Made by a program: the position numbers and the translations under genes. A DNA stretch of 64,000 bases, from the IMG/VR virus record IMGVR_UViG_3300008110_000009. One strand, written 5' to 3'. This document shows, one piece after another, positions 30,186-40,696 of the stretch. Source of the stretch: a virus. The notes below the pieces were generated by a model. That model was not told the DNA's origin. It saw nothing but the letters and a program-made list of their open reading frames with translations, and did not search any database. Position 1 is the stretch's first letter; every line of letters begins with the position of its first letter.

Positions 30186-31417
30186 TAGACATAGGTAACA
30201 CCAATTTTAGATCCAAGAGTTGGTGAAAAGTTCAATTTAACCTGAGTAGAAGAGTTAACGTCAAACCCTTGACCCTCTTCTTCAACTAGTCCATTTATAT
30301 CTAAACTAACAATACTATCTATTGCATTATTCAATGTAAAAATCAAAGAACCCCCATTATAGTTAAAGTATTCTGTAGTTACCTGTAATGTTTTACCATA
30401 GCTATCAACAAATACACTATTTCTACCTTTAAAATATGTTATAGTAATAGTACTTCCTTCCGGAGGAGGTGACGCAAACGTTATTTTAGATGTTCCCGCT
30501 ATATGAAAGAAATCGATATCTCTTTCTTGTAAGAGACCATTAATTGAAACATTAAACAACATACTAATACTTTCACCAACACTAAATGCGGTCTGCATAC
30601 CATCTGCAACAAATGTTCCAACAGTAATATCAATTCTTTTATTAATATATTTTTTTTGGAAATTCGTATTTTTAGCAAACTCGGTCATTAAGAAGAATCT
30701 ACTAACAGCCGGCTTAACCTCAAATTCGTCTTGGTCTATTAAGAATCCTAACATTGTGAATTGATAATTTTGAAGATAAAATCTACGCCCATCTATTTGT
30801 TCAATTGGTGAATTGTCTTCAACCTTATCCATTATAATTGGGATGTAATGACCTTTTACCATGGTATAAGCCTGTCTAGAAGCAAACTTTTGAAGTATAA
30901 TTTTATTAAATCTATTCAATTCCCTAAGTTTTGTACAAACTATAGTAACCTCAAAAGTAATATCTACCGGAACCGGTTGTGGTATTTTATATATGTCCGC
31001 ACCCATTTGATTCCCGTTCCATGTTGCCACAGAAGCATAATGAAATTGTAATCTTTCTGGAATTGTCCTGATAATAGAGGGGTTTGTCCCTGGCTGAACG
31101 TCCGGTCTTCTAATTACACCAATAAATGGAACCTTAAGATTTCCGTCATCATCCGAAAACTCCCAAGTATTCATAATTTGAGCCCATCTTTGTATTGTTA
31201 ATATTTTTGGAATTACAGGAATTTTTTTACCATCAGATATTACAATAAAATTTTTTGATACGAAATCTAACATTCCCGCATCCAGGTCATCATGTAAAAC
31301 AGAATCTGGAAGATAAGAATCAGATTTTGTTATTTTATCTAATAATTCTTCCCTTCTTTCTGTTAAGATTTTACCTTTGTAAATCTGTATATCTGTTTTT
31401 CTTTTAGGTATTCCCAT
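30182..31417 (-). CDS. Tail terminator / neck protein (gp15-like) with two C-terminal beta-sandwich repeats
   Basis: PQPVPVDITFEVTI...LNRF motif; position between the head-closure and sheath genes. Confidence 0.65.
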   Translation of the reverse strand: MGIPKRKTDIQIYKGKILTERREELLDKITKSDSYLPDSVLHDDLDAGMLDFVSKNFIVISDGKKIPVIPKILTIQRWAQIMNTWEFSDDDGNLKVPFIGVIRRPDVQPGTNPSIIRTIPERLQFHYASVATWNGNQMGADIYKIPQPVPVDITFEVTIVCTKLRELNRFNKIILQKFASRQAYTMVKGHYIPIIMDKVEDNSPIEQIDGRRFYLQNYQFTMLGFLIDQDEFEVKPAVSRFFLMTEFAKNTNFQKKYINKRIDITVGTFVADGMQTAFSVGESISMLFNVSINGLLQERDIDFFHIAGTSKITFASPPPEGSTITITYFKGRNSVFVDSYGKTLQVTTEYFNYNGGSLIFTLNNAIDSIVSLDINGLVEEEGQGFDVNSSTQVKLNFSPTLGSKIGVTYVY

Positions 31418-31418
31418 T

Positions 31419-31931
31419 TTATACTCCTCTAAATTCTTGATCCTGTGCTATTGCACAAGTAATTGTTCTGTAATATGGTTTATAACCAAATAAATGATGT
31501 GAGTTATCTGAGGTAACCTTCCCATCATTAGTTACAGTATAATATCTTATTTTATTTTCTGACTCTGGATAACCTATATAATCCCCGTATTTTATATCTA
31601 CACCAAGTTCTTCTAAATGTTTAATATAAACAGATAATATTAAATTACCAGGCTCTAGGTATCTCAACATACCACCTTTATAACTTGAGTTTTTCGGGGC
31701 CTCCACTTTAACAAGTGCATTAAACTCAATTGGTGGAAAATATTTTATTTCGTCCTGCCCAACTTCTCCGTAAACATCATCCTTATCTGTCTTCTGTCTA
31801 TCAACCCTATAAAGGACAAGTTTTTGATTTAAATCACCATGTAAGTATTCCTGACCTATTTGGACTTGTAAATTAAAGTCTTCTTCAGAAAAGAATTTAC
31901 TTAATCTGGTTATGGGTAGTTTATTGCTCAT
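31419..31931 (-). CDS. Head closure / neck protein (gp14-like)
   Basis: LVLYRVD...DDVYGE, LEELGVDIKYGDYI; synteny. Confidence 0.6.
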   Translation of the reverse strand: MSNKLPITRLSKFFSEEDFNLQVQIGQEYLHGDLNQKLVLYRVDRQKTDKDDVYGEVGQDEIKYFPPIEFNALVKVEAPKNSSYKGGMLRYLEPGNLILSVYIKHLEELGVDIKYGDYIGYPESENKIRYYTVTNDGKVTSDNSHHLFGYKPYYRTITCAIAQDQEFRGV

Positions 31932-31982
31932 ACCCTATAAATAGTTTATAAAGTATTTAGAATTACTTATATTATATACTGT

Positions 31983-33734
31983 ATGGAAACTAAAATACCA
32001 GAAATTGTAGCGAGAGAGATACTTTTTTCATATGCTGGTTCTAATAACCATCTATTGGATTTGAAAAGGAAAGTTTTAGAGCTTAAAAACTATTCTTTAA
32101 GTAGACCGCAAGCGGACTACGTTATAAAATATGAAAAAGTAATACCTAAGGTTGCTAGGAAATGGGTTAAAGTATTTTCTTCTTTTGCTGAAAAGATGAG
32201 AGAAGATAGGTTGTTACCTATCGCCCCAGAACAAATATGGGTAGAAAAACTATTATGTGAAACAGATAAGGCTTATCATATATGGGGTAAAGTTGTAGAC
32301 GGAGATATACTTCACGCTTTTTGGGTTCCTAAAATTGCTATAATACCAGAAGAAAAAAAATTAAATAGAACTATTGATTATAGCCCATATGATAACAGGC
32401 CACCGATGGATCATCAAAAAGAAGCCATAGAGAAACTATTAGCAAATGACAAATTTATTCTTGCAGATGATATGGGGCTTGGTAAAACCACAGCCGCGGT
32501 TATTGCCGCTTTGGAAAGTGGTGCTAAAAAAATATTAATAGTTTGCCCAGCAACCCTAAAGATAAACTGGGAACGAGAAATTAAAAATTACACTGACAGA
32601 AGAATATTGGTAATTGAAGGTAGAAAGTGGGGTTCCACTTTTGATTTCTACATTATCAATTATGATATTCTTAAAAATTTTCACACAACAGACAAAAGTG
32701 AAGATAGTGAAGCATATAAACTAATTGCAAACAATGGATTTGATTTAGCAATTGTAGATGAAGCTCATTACATCTCAAATGCCACAGCACAGAGAACAAA
32801 ACTATTAAATGATATATTGGGTTTAATTCCTAGGGTTTGGTTATTAACCGGAACCCCAATGACTTCTAGACCTATTAACTATTATAACTTATTAAAAATT
32901 GTTGAGTCGCCGTTAGCACTAAATTGGCAAAGCTATGTTAGAAGATATTGTGCTGGTTATCAGTTTAGGGTTGGTAATAGAAAAGTTTGGAATACTAGCG
33001 GAGCATCCAATCTAGATGAATTAAGGGAAAAGACTAAAAATCTTGTTTTAAGAAGAATGAAGACTGATATCTTGGATTTACCAGAAAAAATCATTACCCC
33101 TGTTTATCTAGAGCTTCAAAGTAAATTCTATGATAATGAATTAGAAGACTTTATAAGAATATCTTCTGAAAACAAACAAAAAGAAAGTATATCGGTAACA
33201 CTTAATCGTTTAATGAATATTAGACAATTAATTGCTATGGAAAAAATACCATACACTTGTGAATTGATTGATAAGTTTATTGAACAAAATAAAAAAGTCA
33301 TTGTGTTTACAAATTTTACTGCAAGCCTAGACGCGTTACATGAAAAATACAAAAAGAACTCTGTAATTTTGGATGGTAGAATGAGTAAAGATAAAAGACA
33401 AGAAAGTGTTGATAAATTTCAAACAAATGATAAAATAAAAGTCTTTATCTCCAACATAGTTGCAGGTGGCGTAGGAATTACTTTAACGGCGGCTGAGGGG
33501 GTTATAATGAATGATCTATCATTTGTACCTGCCCACCATTCACAAGCCGAGGATAGAGCTTATAGACACGGACAAACTAAAAGCGTTTTAGTTTATTATC
33601 CAGTATTTGATAATACAATTGAAATTCAAGTATACAACATACTTCAGAAAAAGAAGAATATTATTGATCAAGTAATGGGTGACGGCGAATACGGAGATAC
33701 GTTTGCTAGCGAATTACTTAAGAACTTATTATAG
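31983..33734 (+). CDS. SNF2/SWI2-family helicase (HARP-like)
   Basis: ILADDMGLGKT, IVCPA, INYD, DEAH, LTGTP, LRRMK, GITLT, QAEDRAYR.GQ. Confidence 0.95.
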   Translation: METKIPEIVAREILFSYAGSNNHLLDLKRKVLELKNYSLSRPQADYVIKYEKVIPKVARKWVKVFSSFAEKMREDRLLPIAPEQIWVEKLLCETDKAYHIWGKVVDGDILHAFWVPKIAIIPEEKKLNRTIDYSPYDNRPPMDHQKEAIEKLLANDKFILADDMGLGKTTAAVIAALESGAKKILIVCPATLKINWEREIKNYTDRRILVIEGRKWGSTFDFYIINYDILKNFHTTDKSEDSEAYKLIANNGFDLAIVDEAHYISNATAQRTKLLNDILGLIPRVWLLTGTPMTSRPINYYNLLKIVESPLALNWQSYVRRYCAGYQFRVGNRKVWNTSGASNLDELREKTKNLVLRRMKTDILDLPEKIITPVYLELQSKFYDNELEDFIRISSENKQKESISVTLNRLMNIRQLIAMEKIPYTCELIDKFIEQNKKVIVFTNFTASLDALHEKYKKNSVILDGRMSKDKRQESVDKFQTNDKIKVFISNIVAGGVGITLTAAEGVIMNDLSFVPAHHSQAEDRAYRHGQTKSVLVYYPVFDNTIEIQVYNILQKKKNIIDQVMGDGEYGDTFASELLKNLL

Positions 33735-33775
33735 TTTTATTTATAATCTGGTATTTATTAGTAAAAGCTATTTTA

Positions 33776-34891
33776 ATGAGTACTGTTATAAGCGCACCAG
33801 AAAAAGAGAAACTTTATAGTCAGATATTACACCTTTTGGGTATGCCAGTTAGAGGTGTTGAATTAACAGAAGAACAAATGGACTCGTTCCTTGAAATATC
33901 TGTAAGTGAATACGAACAACTAGTTAATGATTGGCTTATTGAATCTCAATGGTCAGCCTTAGCTGGATTAGATGTAGACACACAATCTTTAACAAAAGCT
34001 TTTACTACTAGAGATATTAATTACGAAACTCAATATACCTATTCTTACTCGAAAATTGTTGGTCTACAAGCAGGGGGCCCGTGGGAATTAAAAAAAGATT
34101 ATATAACCCTAGAGCGCAATAAACAAATTTATGAAATACCAGCCGGAAGAGAAATAAATGAATTACTTTGGTTTTCAAGAGCTGAGCTAACTGATTCAAT
34201 TGTTGACCCATTCTTAGGCGGTTTTGGCGGTCTTGGTGGTGTTGGTTTTGGTGGCGTAGGTGGTTTTGCTCAAGTTGGCGCTTCAGGATCTTACTTCTTA
34301 TTACCAGCGTTTGATTTGTTATTAAGAATGCAAGATAGAAATATCAAAAATCGTTTAATTGGCGGGGATTTAACATATAGAATAACAGCTGGACCAAATG
34401 GTGTAAAATATGTGCACTTAATGAACGTGCCAGGTGGTAAATATGATTTTGGCTCAATACAAAACAACAATATTAAAGTCTGGTATTGGTATTATGATAC
34501 TTTTGATAGAGATACCTGTTTAAAAGAAAATAAAGATGTAGTTAGATTACCATCAGACGTTATGATGGACCAACTTCAATGGGACGAATTAAATAGACCG
34601 GCACAAAACTGGGTTAGAAAATATCTAATGACTTATTGTAAAGAAGCATTAGGCAGAATCTATGGTAAATTCTCTGGCGACCTAAAAGTACCAGATAGCG
34701 ATGTTAAATTAGACTACACATCTCTTCTTACAGAAGCTAAAGATGAAAGACTTAAGTTAAATGAAGAATTAATGTTAAGACTTGAGAGACTTCGTCCAGA
34801 CAAAATGCTTGAAAGAAAAGGTAATGAAGCTGAGAACCTTAATAAGGCTCTCAAGTTCAGACCTATGACAAATCCATTTAATGTTATTTAA
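33776..34891 (+). CDS. Neck / head-tail adaptor protein (gp13-like)
   Basis: LG.P...VELTEEQ.D, WVRKY....KEALGRIYGKF...VP....L....L..EAK.E. Confidence 0.8.
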   Translation: MSTVISAPEKEKLYSQILHLLGMPVRGVELTEEQMDSFLEISVSEYEQLVNDWLIESQWSALAGLDVDTQSLTKAFTTRDINYETQYTYSYSKIVGLQAGGPWELKKDYITLERNKQIYEIPAGREINELLWFSRAELTDSIVDPFLGGFGGLGGVGFGGVGGFAQVGASGSYFLLPAFDLLLRMQDRNIKNRLIGGDLTYRITAGPNGVKYVHLMNVPGGKYDFGSIQNNNIKVWYWYYDTFDRDTCLKENKDVVRLPSDVMMDQLQWDELNRPAQNWVRKYLMTYCKEALGRIYGKFSGDLKVPDSDVKLDYTSLLTEAKDERLKLNEELMLRLERLRPDKMLERKGNEAENLNKALKFRPMTNPFNVI

Positions 34892-37794
34892 TCTGGTATA
34901 GCGGCATGTAATGCATAATCGTGAGAGTTTCTTTCGATCATTTCATCCTCCTCGTGCTTCTCTTTGATACTTTCTGCTTGGAACGAAACAACTTTTCTAT
35001 TGTACTCTATCCACTTTTGATCAACGTGTTTTAAACTATCTTCAACGTACATAAAAAATGGATCTTTATTAATTCTATTCCAGAATATAACTTCACCGTC
35101 AGATAATGTCATTACTTCGTCTAAACTATCTTGGCCCTCTGTTTTTAATGGAAATCCTGAAACTAACTCACATTGTTTTTTTGTGAAGAAGATTCGTTTT
35201 GATGGATCATCAATCAATATATCTTCCCTAATTTCAGGTTTAAAAACAACCAACAATGGTTCAACCCTTTTGTTAAAAATACTAATGTATCTTGCAGCAT
35301 TATAATCACCTGTCATATCAGGATTATTAACTAGATCACGCTCGGTAATCATGTAACAATTAATTTGAATATAATCAGTTGGTAAAGGTTTACCATGTTT
35401 TGCAAAATATTCCTCTTGTTGTTTTTTTGTTGGCTTGGTTAGTTTTTGAACATCACCATCTCCTTTTTTAGAACCATTATTAACATAGTAAATTGTTTCA
35501 CCTAAGGTTGCGGGATAGTTGTTTTCAAGAACCAATTCCATATGTGCTTGTCTTGACATTGCAGCACCAGACTTAGTTACTTTTTTACAATGTTTTTTGT
35601 AATCCTCTACACTTTGTTTAACACGAGCCTTATTTGCAATCTTTGTTAATGGTATTTGCTTGTTATAGATTTTTTCAATTGTTTCATAATACAAATTTAA
35701 AAATTCAACACCGTCACCATTAAGTAAATGAACTAATCCTTGATCTAAAAACTCAACAACATATTGCTGAAGTTTTTTAGATTTGATTGTATTTCCAGTT
35801 AGTTTTATTTTTTCTTTACCTTTCTTGATAAGTTTAATAATATAATTTTTACGAGAAACATTAATACAAGCTGGTGCCATATAGTCAATGTCTAAGCCCA
35901 TTTCATTTCTCATAAACAAATCGTTGAATTCTGCAGTATCTGCCTCAACACCACTATATTCCTTACCAGCTTCAACTAATTCGTTATTACCCTTACCGAT
36001 ATATTTGTGCTCGTTAATAGTTTCAGGTGTTTCAAAGTTAACACCATCAGTATCCATTACAAGAGGTTTATATCCTTTTTTCATAAAGAACATAATCATC
36101 ATTCTTAAACACTGACGACCAGTACAGGTAATCATTTCACCCATATTCATATCTCCCCATGGAAATACCTGTGGTGCTGACAGCGATCCAAAATATGCGT
36201 TGATAAAAATTTTAATTGGTAACTGCTTTCTATCATACATCTCAGCTTGTACCGGATCTTTATCTTTTAATTCCGCTGCTAATCTTTTGTATAAGATACG
36301 AATATTACGGAAATACTTTAACATTGATTTTTGTACCCCCATGATATCACAATCAGGGAATACATCGTATACAAGTTGAATAGATGGATAAAGTGACGCG
36401 TAGTCAAACTTAACAATATTCTTTGAATAACCAACTGTCAACAATCTTGACAAACCTCCGGTAATGCTTCTTTTTTCATCTTTAAGAGGGACGGCTAAAT
36501 CATTTTCATAAGACCAAGCTAACATTAGAATTTTCCAAAGAGTAGCGGTACCCATTGTTGCAATTCTTTCATATGTTGTTGGGATCACCTTAGAAAGTAA
36601 AAACGTTGATTGACTAAAAGAATCATCAACAATCATTGTTTCATACAAGTCATCGTCAAGATATTGTTCTACAATTTTTCTACCTGGCCAAACTTCATAT
36701 TTACCAGGGTATTTTTCTAATAAACCATCTGTTCCTGGTTCACCAATTTTTTTATATTTTCCTGTCTTAGGGTTTATGTAATAACTTTCGTTATCCAAAT
36801 AAATTTTAGAAATGAAAGCACCATCAACGTACACACGATTTGGTTTTTCTTTTTCTAGATACTTGGTAATATATTTCAGTCCCCAAGATTTAATTTCAGA
36901 ATTAATCGCCTGTGCTCTACGAACAGAGTGCGCAATATCAACCATGCTGAATCCCCATAAAACATATTGAGTATACGGTTCAACTTCGTTTGCCAATTTT
37001 AAAACACCATCTTTTGTTTTAATGCCACTTTTTGTAAAGATCTGAGTAGCCTTTTTGATATCCACACCAAGTAACTCTGCTCTTTTCATTATGAACGGTA
37101 AGTCGAATGCTGCAGAATTGTAACCACTAATAATTGTTGGTTTAAGGTCTTTTATAATTTTGAAAAATTCTTCGATACATTTTTTCTCACCATCTTCACC
37201 ATATGCGTCCAATAGTTTTCTATAACCGCGATTATCTTTGATTCCAATCAAAATGATTTTATCATTCAACGGATCAAGACCCGTTGTCTCAATATCGAAT
37301 ACCATTCTATGAACTTCATTATAATCTTCAATACCCTTGAATAATCTTTTTTTCTTTTGAATAAGGTATTGTTCTACCGGCGTTAAAATAATAAACTGAG
37401 ATTTGAAATTTTCTCCCCAAGGATCAATACCCCCATCTTTAAAAAATTTAATAAGCTCTTGGTATCCCTTCGTACTTTTAACCATATACTTTAAGCCGGC
37501 TTCCAATCTTTCATTTTCACCAGTTTGAAGTTTGGTGCTTAAAATACCATACTCACCCATTTTCTTTTTTTGAAGGGCTTTACTACCACCATAGAAATTG
37601 AACTCACTTAAATCACCCGCCCAAAGAAATGGTATGAAGGTGTCTTCGGTGACGTATTTTCCTCTTACGGGGTCTTGTATAATTTTGTAGATTTTGTTGG
37701 CCATGTAATCATACTCAACACCAACAATGTAGTTTTCCGGATCGGAACCGTTCAAGAAGCTCTCGATAACTTCTTGAGATATAATCTCTTGCAT
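34888..37794 (-). CDS. DNA polymerase family B
   Basis: Exo I FDIETTG, Exo II GYNS..FD, DYASLYPSI, KIFINAYFG, DTDG, KNY. Confidence 0.97.
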   Translation of the reverse strand: MQEIISQEVIESFLNGSDPENYIVGVEYDYMANKIYKIIQDPVRGKYVTEDTFIPFLWAGDLSEFNFYGGSKALQKKKMGEYGILSTKLQTGENERLEAGLKYMVKSTKGYQELIKFFKDGGIDPWGENFKSQFIILTPVEQYLIQKKKRLFKGIEDYNEVHRMVFDIETTGLDPLNDKIILIGIKDNRGYRKLLDAYGEDGEKKCIEEFFKIIKDLKPTIISGYNSAAFDLPFIMKRAELLGVDIKKATQIFTKSGIKTKDGVLKLANEVEPYTQYVLWGFSMVDIAHSVRRAQAINSEIKSWGLKYITKYLEKEKPNRVYVDGAFISKIYLDNESYYINPKTGKYKKIGEPGTDGLLEKYPGKYEVWPGRKIVEQYLDDDLYETMIVDDSFSQSTFLLSKVIPTTYERIATMGTATLWKILMLAWSYENDLAVPLKDEKRSITGGLSRLLTVGYSKNIVKFDYASLYPSIQLVYDVFPDCDIMGVQKSMLKYFRNIRILYKRLAAELKDKDPVQAEMYDRKQLPIKIFINAYFGSLSAPQVFPWGDMNMGEMITCTGRQCLRMMIMFFMKKGYKPLVMDTDGVNFETPETINEHKYIGKGNNELVEAGKEYSGVEADTAEFNDLFMRNEMGLDIDYMAPACINVSRKNYIIKLIKKGKEKIKLTGNTIKSKKLQQYVVEFLDQGLVHLLNGDGVEFLNLYYETIEKIYNKQIPLTKIANKARVKQSVEDYKKHCKKVTKSGAAMSRQAHMELVLENNYPATLGETIYYVNNGSKKGDGDVQKLTKPTKKQQEEYFAKHGKPLPTDYIQINCYMITERDLVNNPDMTGDYNAARYISIFNKRVEPLLVVFKPEIREDILIDDPSKRIFFTKKQCELVSGFPLKTEGQDSLDEVMTLSDGEVIFWNRINKDPFFMYVEDSLKHVDQKWIEYNRKVVSFQAESIKEKHEEDEMIERNSHDYALHAAIPD

Positions 37795-37806
37795 ATTTTA
37801 TTTTTT

Positions 37807-37851
37807 GGGTGACACATTAGCTTACGGGGAAACCGTAATTTGCCTTTACCC
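37807..37851 (-). promoter_or_regulatory. Structured 5' leader of the polymerase mRNA
   Basis: GGGT/ACCC, GGCA/TGTC and TTACGG/CCGTAA nested stems; followed by an A-rich tract and the ATG rather than a U tract. Confidence 0.55.
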
Positions 37852-37885
37852 TGTAAATATACATAAAATTATGGATAAAAAAAAA

Positions 37886-38254
37886 TTAAATAATGTTAAT
37901 GAATAATTTTTCTTTTACTGGTAATATGAGTTTTGTGGTTGGATTAGAATTAGTGTCTAAAAATTGAACAATAAATTTACCTTCATACTTACCAGGTTTT
38001 ACAGTTTGAGCCTCTGTAAATCTGTAAGTTATATAATACTCATCTGTTGTTTGATTATACTTTTTCGTTCTAGTTGTGAGTAGTGCTGAACCATTAAGTA
38101 TTATCGGTTCTTCAGTTTTATGATCATACATTTCAAAACTAATATCGGAATTTTCCAATAGATCATTAAATGATGATTTATCATTTTTAGCGTCATCAAT
38201 TAATCTCATTTTTAATATTGGATCTGAGGCTCCTTGTCTAATAAAAAATTCCAT
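37886..38254 (-). CDS. BppU-N-like baseplate/structural protein
   Basis: FFIRQG..P.L, Y.FT..QT..PGKYEG.F.V.F......LP pattern. Confidence 0.55.
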   Translation of the reverse strand: MEFFIRQGASDPILKMRLIDDAKNDKSSFNDLLENSDISFEMYDHKTEEPIILNGSALLTTRTKKYNQTTDEYYITYRFTEAQTVKPGKYEGKFIVQFLDTNSNPTTKLILPVKEKLFINII

Positions 38255-38266
38255 ATAAAATAAATA

Positions 38267-39181
38267 TTATGTTAATCTAATCATTACAAAACTACCACTT
38301 CTGTAAAGACCTTGTAATGGGACACCCGCTGCGGAAGCCTCAATATCGTTGTTAAAACTTGACGTCACTTGTGATAATATAGTAAATCCATCTACTTTTA
38401 ATTCGTCTTGAAGTTTAACACTACCACTAAACTCATATAGATAACCAGGTGTAACAGAGTTTGTGTTAAAAGAAATTTCGCTACCAGTATGAACCGTTAT
38501 TTGTGGATTTTCCCAACTATTATTTGCGAATAGTTTTAATTCTGCTGGATGAGACGTTCCACCAACTGTTCCAACATATAAATCTTTACCAACGTTTAAA
38601 AGATATGCGTCATTTTCGTACCCAACGTAACCTCCATTATACGTGCTAGAATTTATACCCAAATCAACAAAATGAACAGTTTCATTTCCATTGTCTGCAG
38701 TTAAAACCAAATCAGAACTAGCTAAACTTCCGGAATTAATATTTGTTATATTAACCTGAGCGTAATATTCGTTATTAGCTTCAAAATGTGTGATATTAAA
38801 ACTACCTGAATTGGTTAAATGAAGCTTAGGTGTATCTGGGCTGCTGATTGGCATTTTATCACCCATCACAACAAAGCCCGAGACATATAGATTACCATTA
38901 TCTTGAATATTATTTGCACGTAGGCTACCCGTAATAAGAAACGATCCAGTAAACTTATGGTTATCATCCAAGCTATCGCCAAAATTTGATGACCCACTAA
39001 TTGTTAAGTCGCCTTTAATAACTTGACTTCCAGTGAAGACGTGTGAACCACTATCAACAAGAACTTGTCTAAGACTTTGAAGTGTAGATTTATATGTTGT
39101 ACTACCCAATACAACCGGGGTAACGCCCGTTAAACTTGGTGCTAGTGAACTAGATAATTGGGAAATTTTTAATCCTGCCAT
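38267..39181 (-). CDS. Tail fibre-like structural protein
   Basis: KISQL N-terminus, FTGSQ.I.G.L.ISGS beta-repeats, C-terminal D.EA.AAGVP..GLYRSG motif seen in fibre tips. Confidence 0.6.
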   Translation of the reverse strand: MAGLKISQLSSSLAPSLTGVTPVVLGSTTYKSTLQSLRQVLVDSGSHVFTGSQVIKGDLTISGSSNFGDSLDDNHKFTGSFLITGSLRANNIQDNGNLYVSGFVVMGDKMPISSPDTPKLHLTNSGSFNITHFEANNEYYAQVNITNINSGSLASSDLVLTADNGNETVHFVDLGINSSTYNGGYVGYENDAYLLNVGKDLYVGTVGGTSHPAELKLFANNSWENPQITVHTGSEISFNTNSVTPGYLYEFSGSVKLQDELKVDGFTILSQVTSSFNNDIEASAAGVPLQGLYRSGSFVMIRLT

Positions 39182-39194
39182 TTAAATAAATATT

Positions 39195-40643
39195 TTAGTA
39201 TAAAGCCATATTATCGTCTTCTGTTATTAAATATTCACCGTTTTCAGCCAAAAGGCCATTTGTAACGTATGATATTAAATCGTCATCACAATCAATGCCG
39301 CATATAAAGAAGTCATAATTATTAATTCTTGTTAAGAAATTGTGTCTAACATGTACAAAGCCTAGCGGTTCTTCATAATATTTTATTGATTTAATATTAA
39401 AACAAGAAACCCCAGAATGTACATTATTCATTAACCCTGTTCCCCCACCCCACGATTGAATAAATGGTTGAACCCCTCTATTAGAAGCAACAACCTCTTC
39501 CCAGTTCTCTTTTTTATAAATTGGTCTACCATTTAAGTATATTTTAAGCGTCCCTAATCTTCTTTGTCTCTCATCTGCCCACTTTTTATTTAAAAATTCA
39601 TATTTTTCTTCATATGTTGCTAATTGATTTGAGGTAACCGCAGTTATCACTGTATCAGAATAGTCAGATATTTTAAAACCAAGCATATCATTCCATCCAC
39701 CCATATTTTCAATATCACAATTATCATAATGTTTGTATCTATCGAAAACAATGGTAATGTTAAAATCTTTGGTCAACCCAGTTGCACATAAAGTTGGGGT
39801 TTGATCCATATCTGTATAATATGTTTCCGTATAAGCGTCGTTAGCGCAATACCCCGAATATCGAATAGCGGTCCATTTTATTCTTCCATCAGAAGTAAAC
39901 TGAAAAGATAAATTACTGTCAGCATAATCGGATGGGCTATTTGATCCTCTAGTTCCAAAATAATAGAAAACACCTCCGCTAGACCATGGCAACCCCTCCC
40001 TATTAAAAATAAAATCCAAAGTCCACCCACTAGCTGTTCTTCTTTCAATTGTTGAAGGACAATCTAAAAAGGGCTCTTTAAACTGATAAGCCCAAGGTTT
40101 GTTACTTAGTTTATTAGGTAAGCCGCAACAAGCATCTTCATCAGCCAAACGTAATGTGCATTTTAAAACATTTGTTGTTCCTGTTGTAAATCCCGTAATT
40201 ACGGATATTTCATCTGGTGAAGTAAACCTAATATCTTTAGCTAAAGGTTGGTTAAATGCTGATATTGTAAAATAGTGCGTTTCTCCAGTAAAACCTGTGT
40301 ACTTGTAAACGTCACTGTTTAATATGGTGTGCTGGTAATTTGTTGATACGTGGTTTACAAAATTAGAATATGGCACAGTTAATGTTAATCCAGAATATTT
40401 GTAATTTGGATCATTAATGGTATTATTATACTCATTTAAGCTAATAGTGTTCCTTGAACAACTAAAATTAAGCAAAGATTGGTCTATTTTTAGTGTTTGA
40501 TAGGTAATTGGTGTGGACAAATCCAATACATCGGTATTATAATCGTCTGTTACTTTACTTATCTCATAATCATAAAATTCTGAACTATCTAATTTAGAAT
40601 CCAATCTACTACCATAAAACTTTAAAATATTCTGGCTATTCAT
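39195..40643 (-). CDS. Virion structural protein, LamG/concanavalin-like C-terminal domain
   Basis: ITIVFDRY, GTLKIYLNG, IKSIKYYEEPL; C-terminal LLAENGEYLITE; start re-assigned to MNSQN (40643) below TATTTAT at 40650-40656. Confidence 0.6.
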   Translation of the reverse strand: MNSQNILKFYGSRLDSKLDSSEFYDYEISKVTDDYNTDVLDLSTPITYQTLKIDQSLLNFSCSRNTISLNEYNNTINDPNYKYSGLTLTVPYSNFVNHVSTNYQHTILNSDVYKYTGFTGETHYFTISAFNQPLAKDIRFTSPDEISVITGFTTGTTNVLKCTLRLADEDACCGLPNKLSNKPWAYQFKEPFLDCPSTIERRTASGWTLDFIFNREGLPWSSGGVFYYFGTRGSNSPSDYADSNLSFQFTSDGRIKWTAIRYSGYCANDAYTETYYTDMDQTPTLCATGLTKDFNITIVFDRYKHYDNCDIENMGGWNDMLGFKISDYSDTVITAVTSNQLATYEEKYEFLNKKWADERQRRLGTLKIYLNGRPIYKKENWEEVVASNRGVQPFIQSWGGGTGLMNNVHSGVSCFNIKSIKYYEEPLGFVHVRHNFLTRINNYDFFICGIDCDDDLISYVTNGLLAENGEYLITEDDNMALY

Positions 40644-40696
40644 ATGTAGATAAATATCTTTCATAGGATTTGATATTTATATAAAAAACCGTTTAG

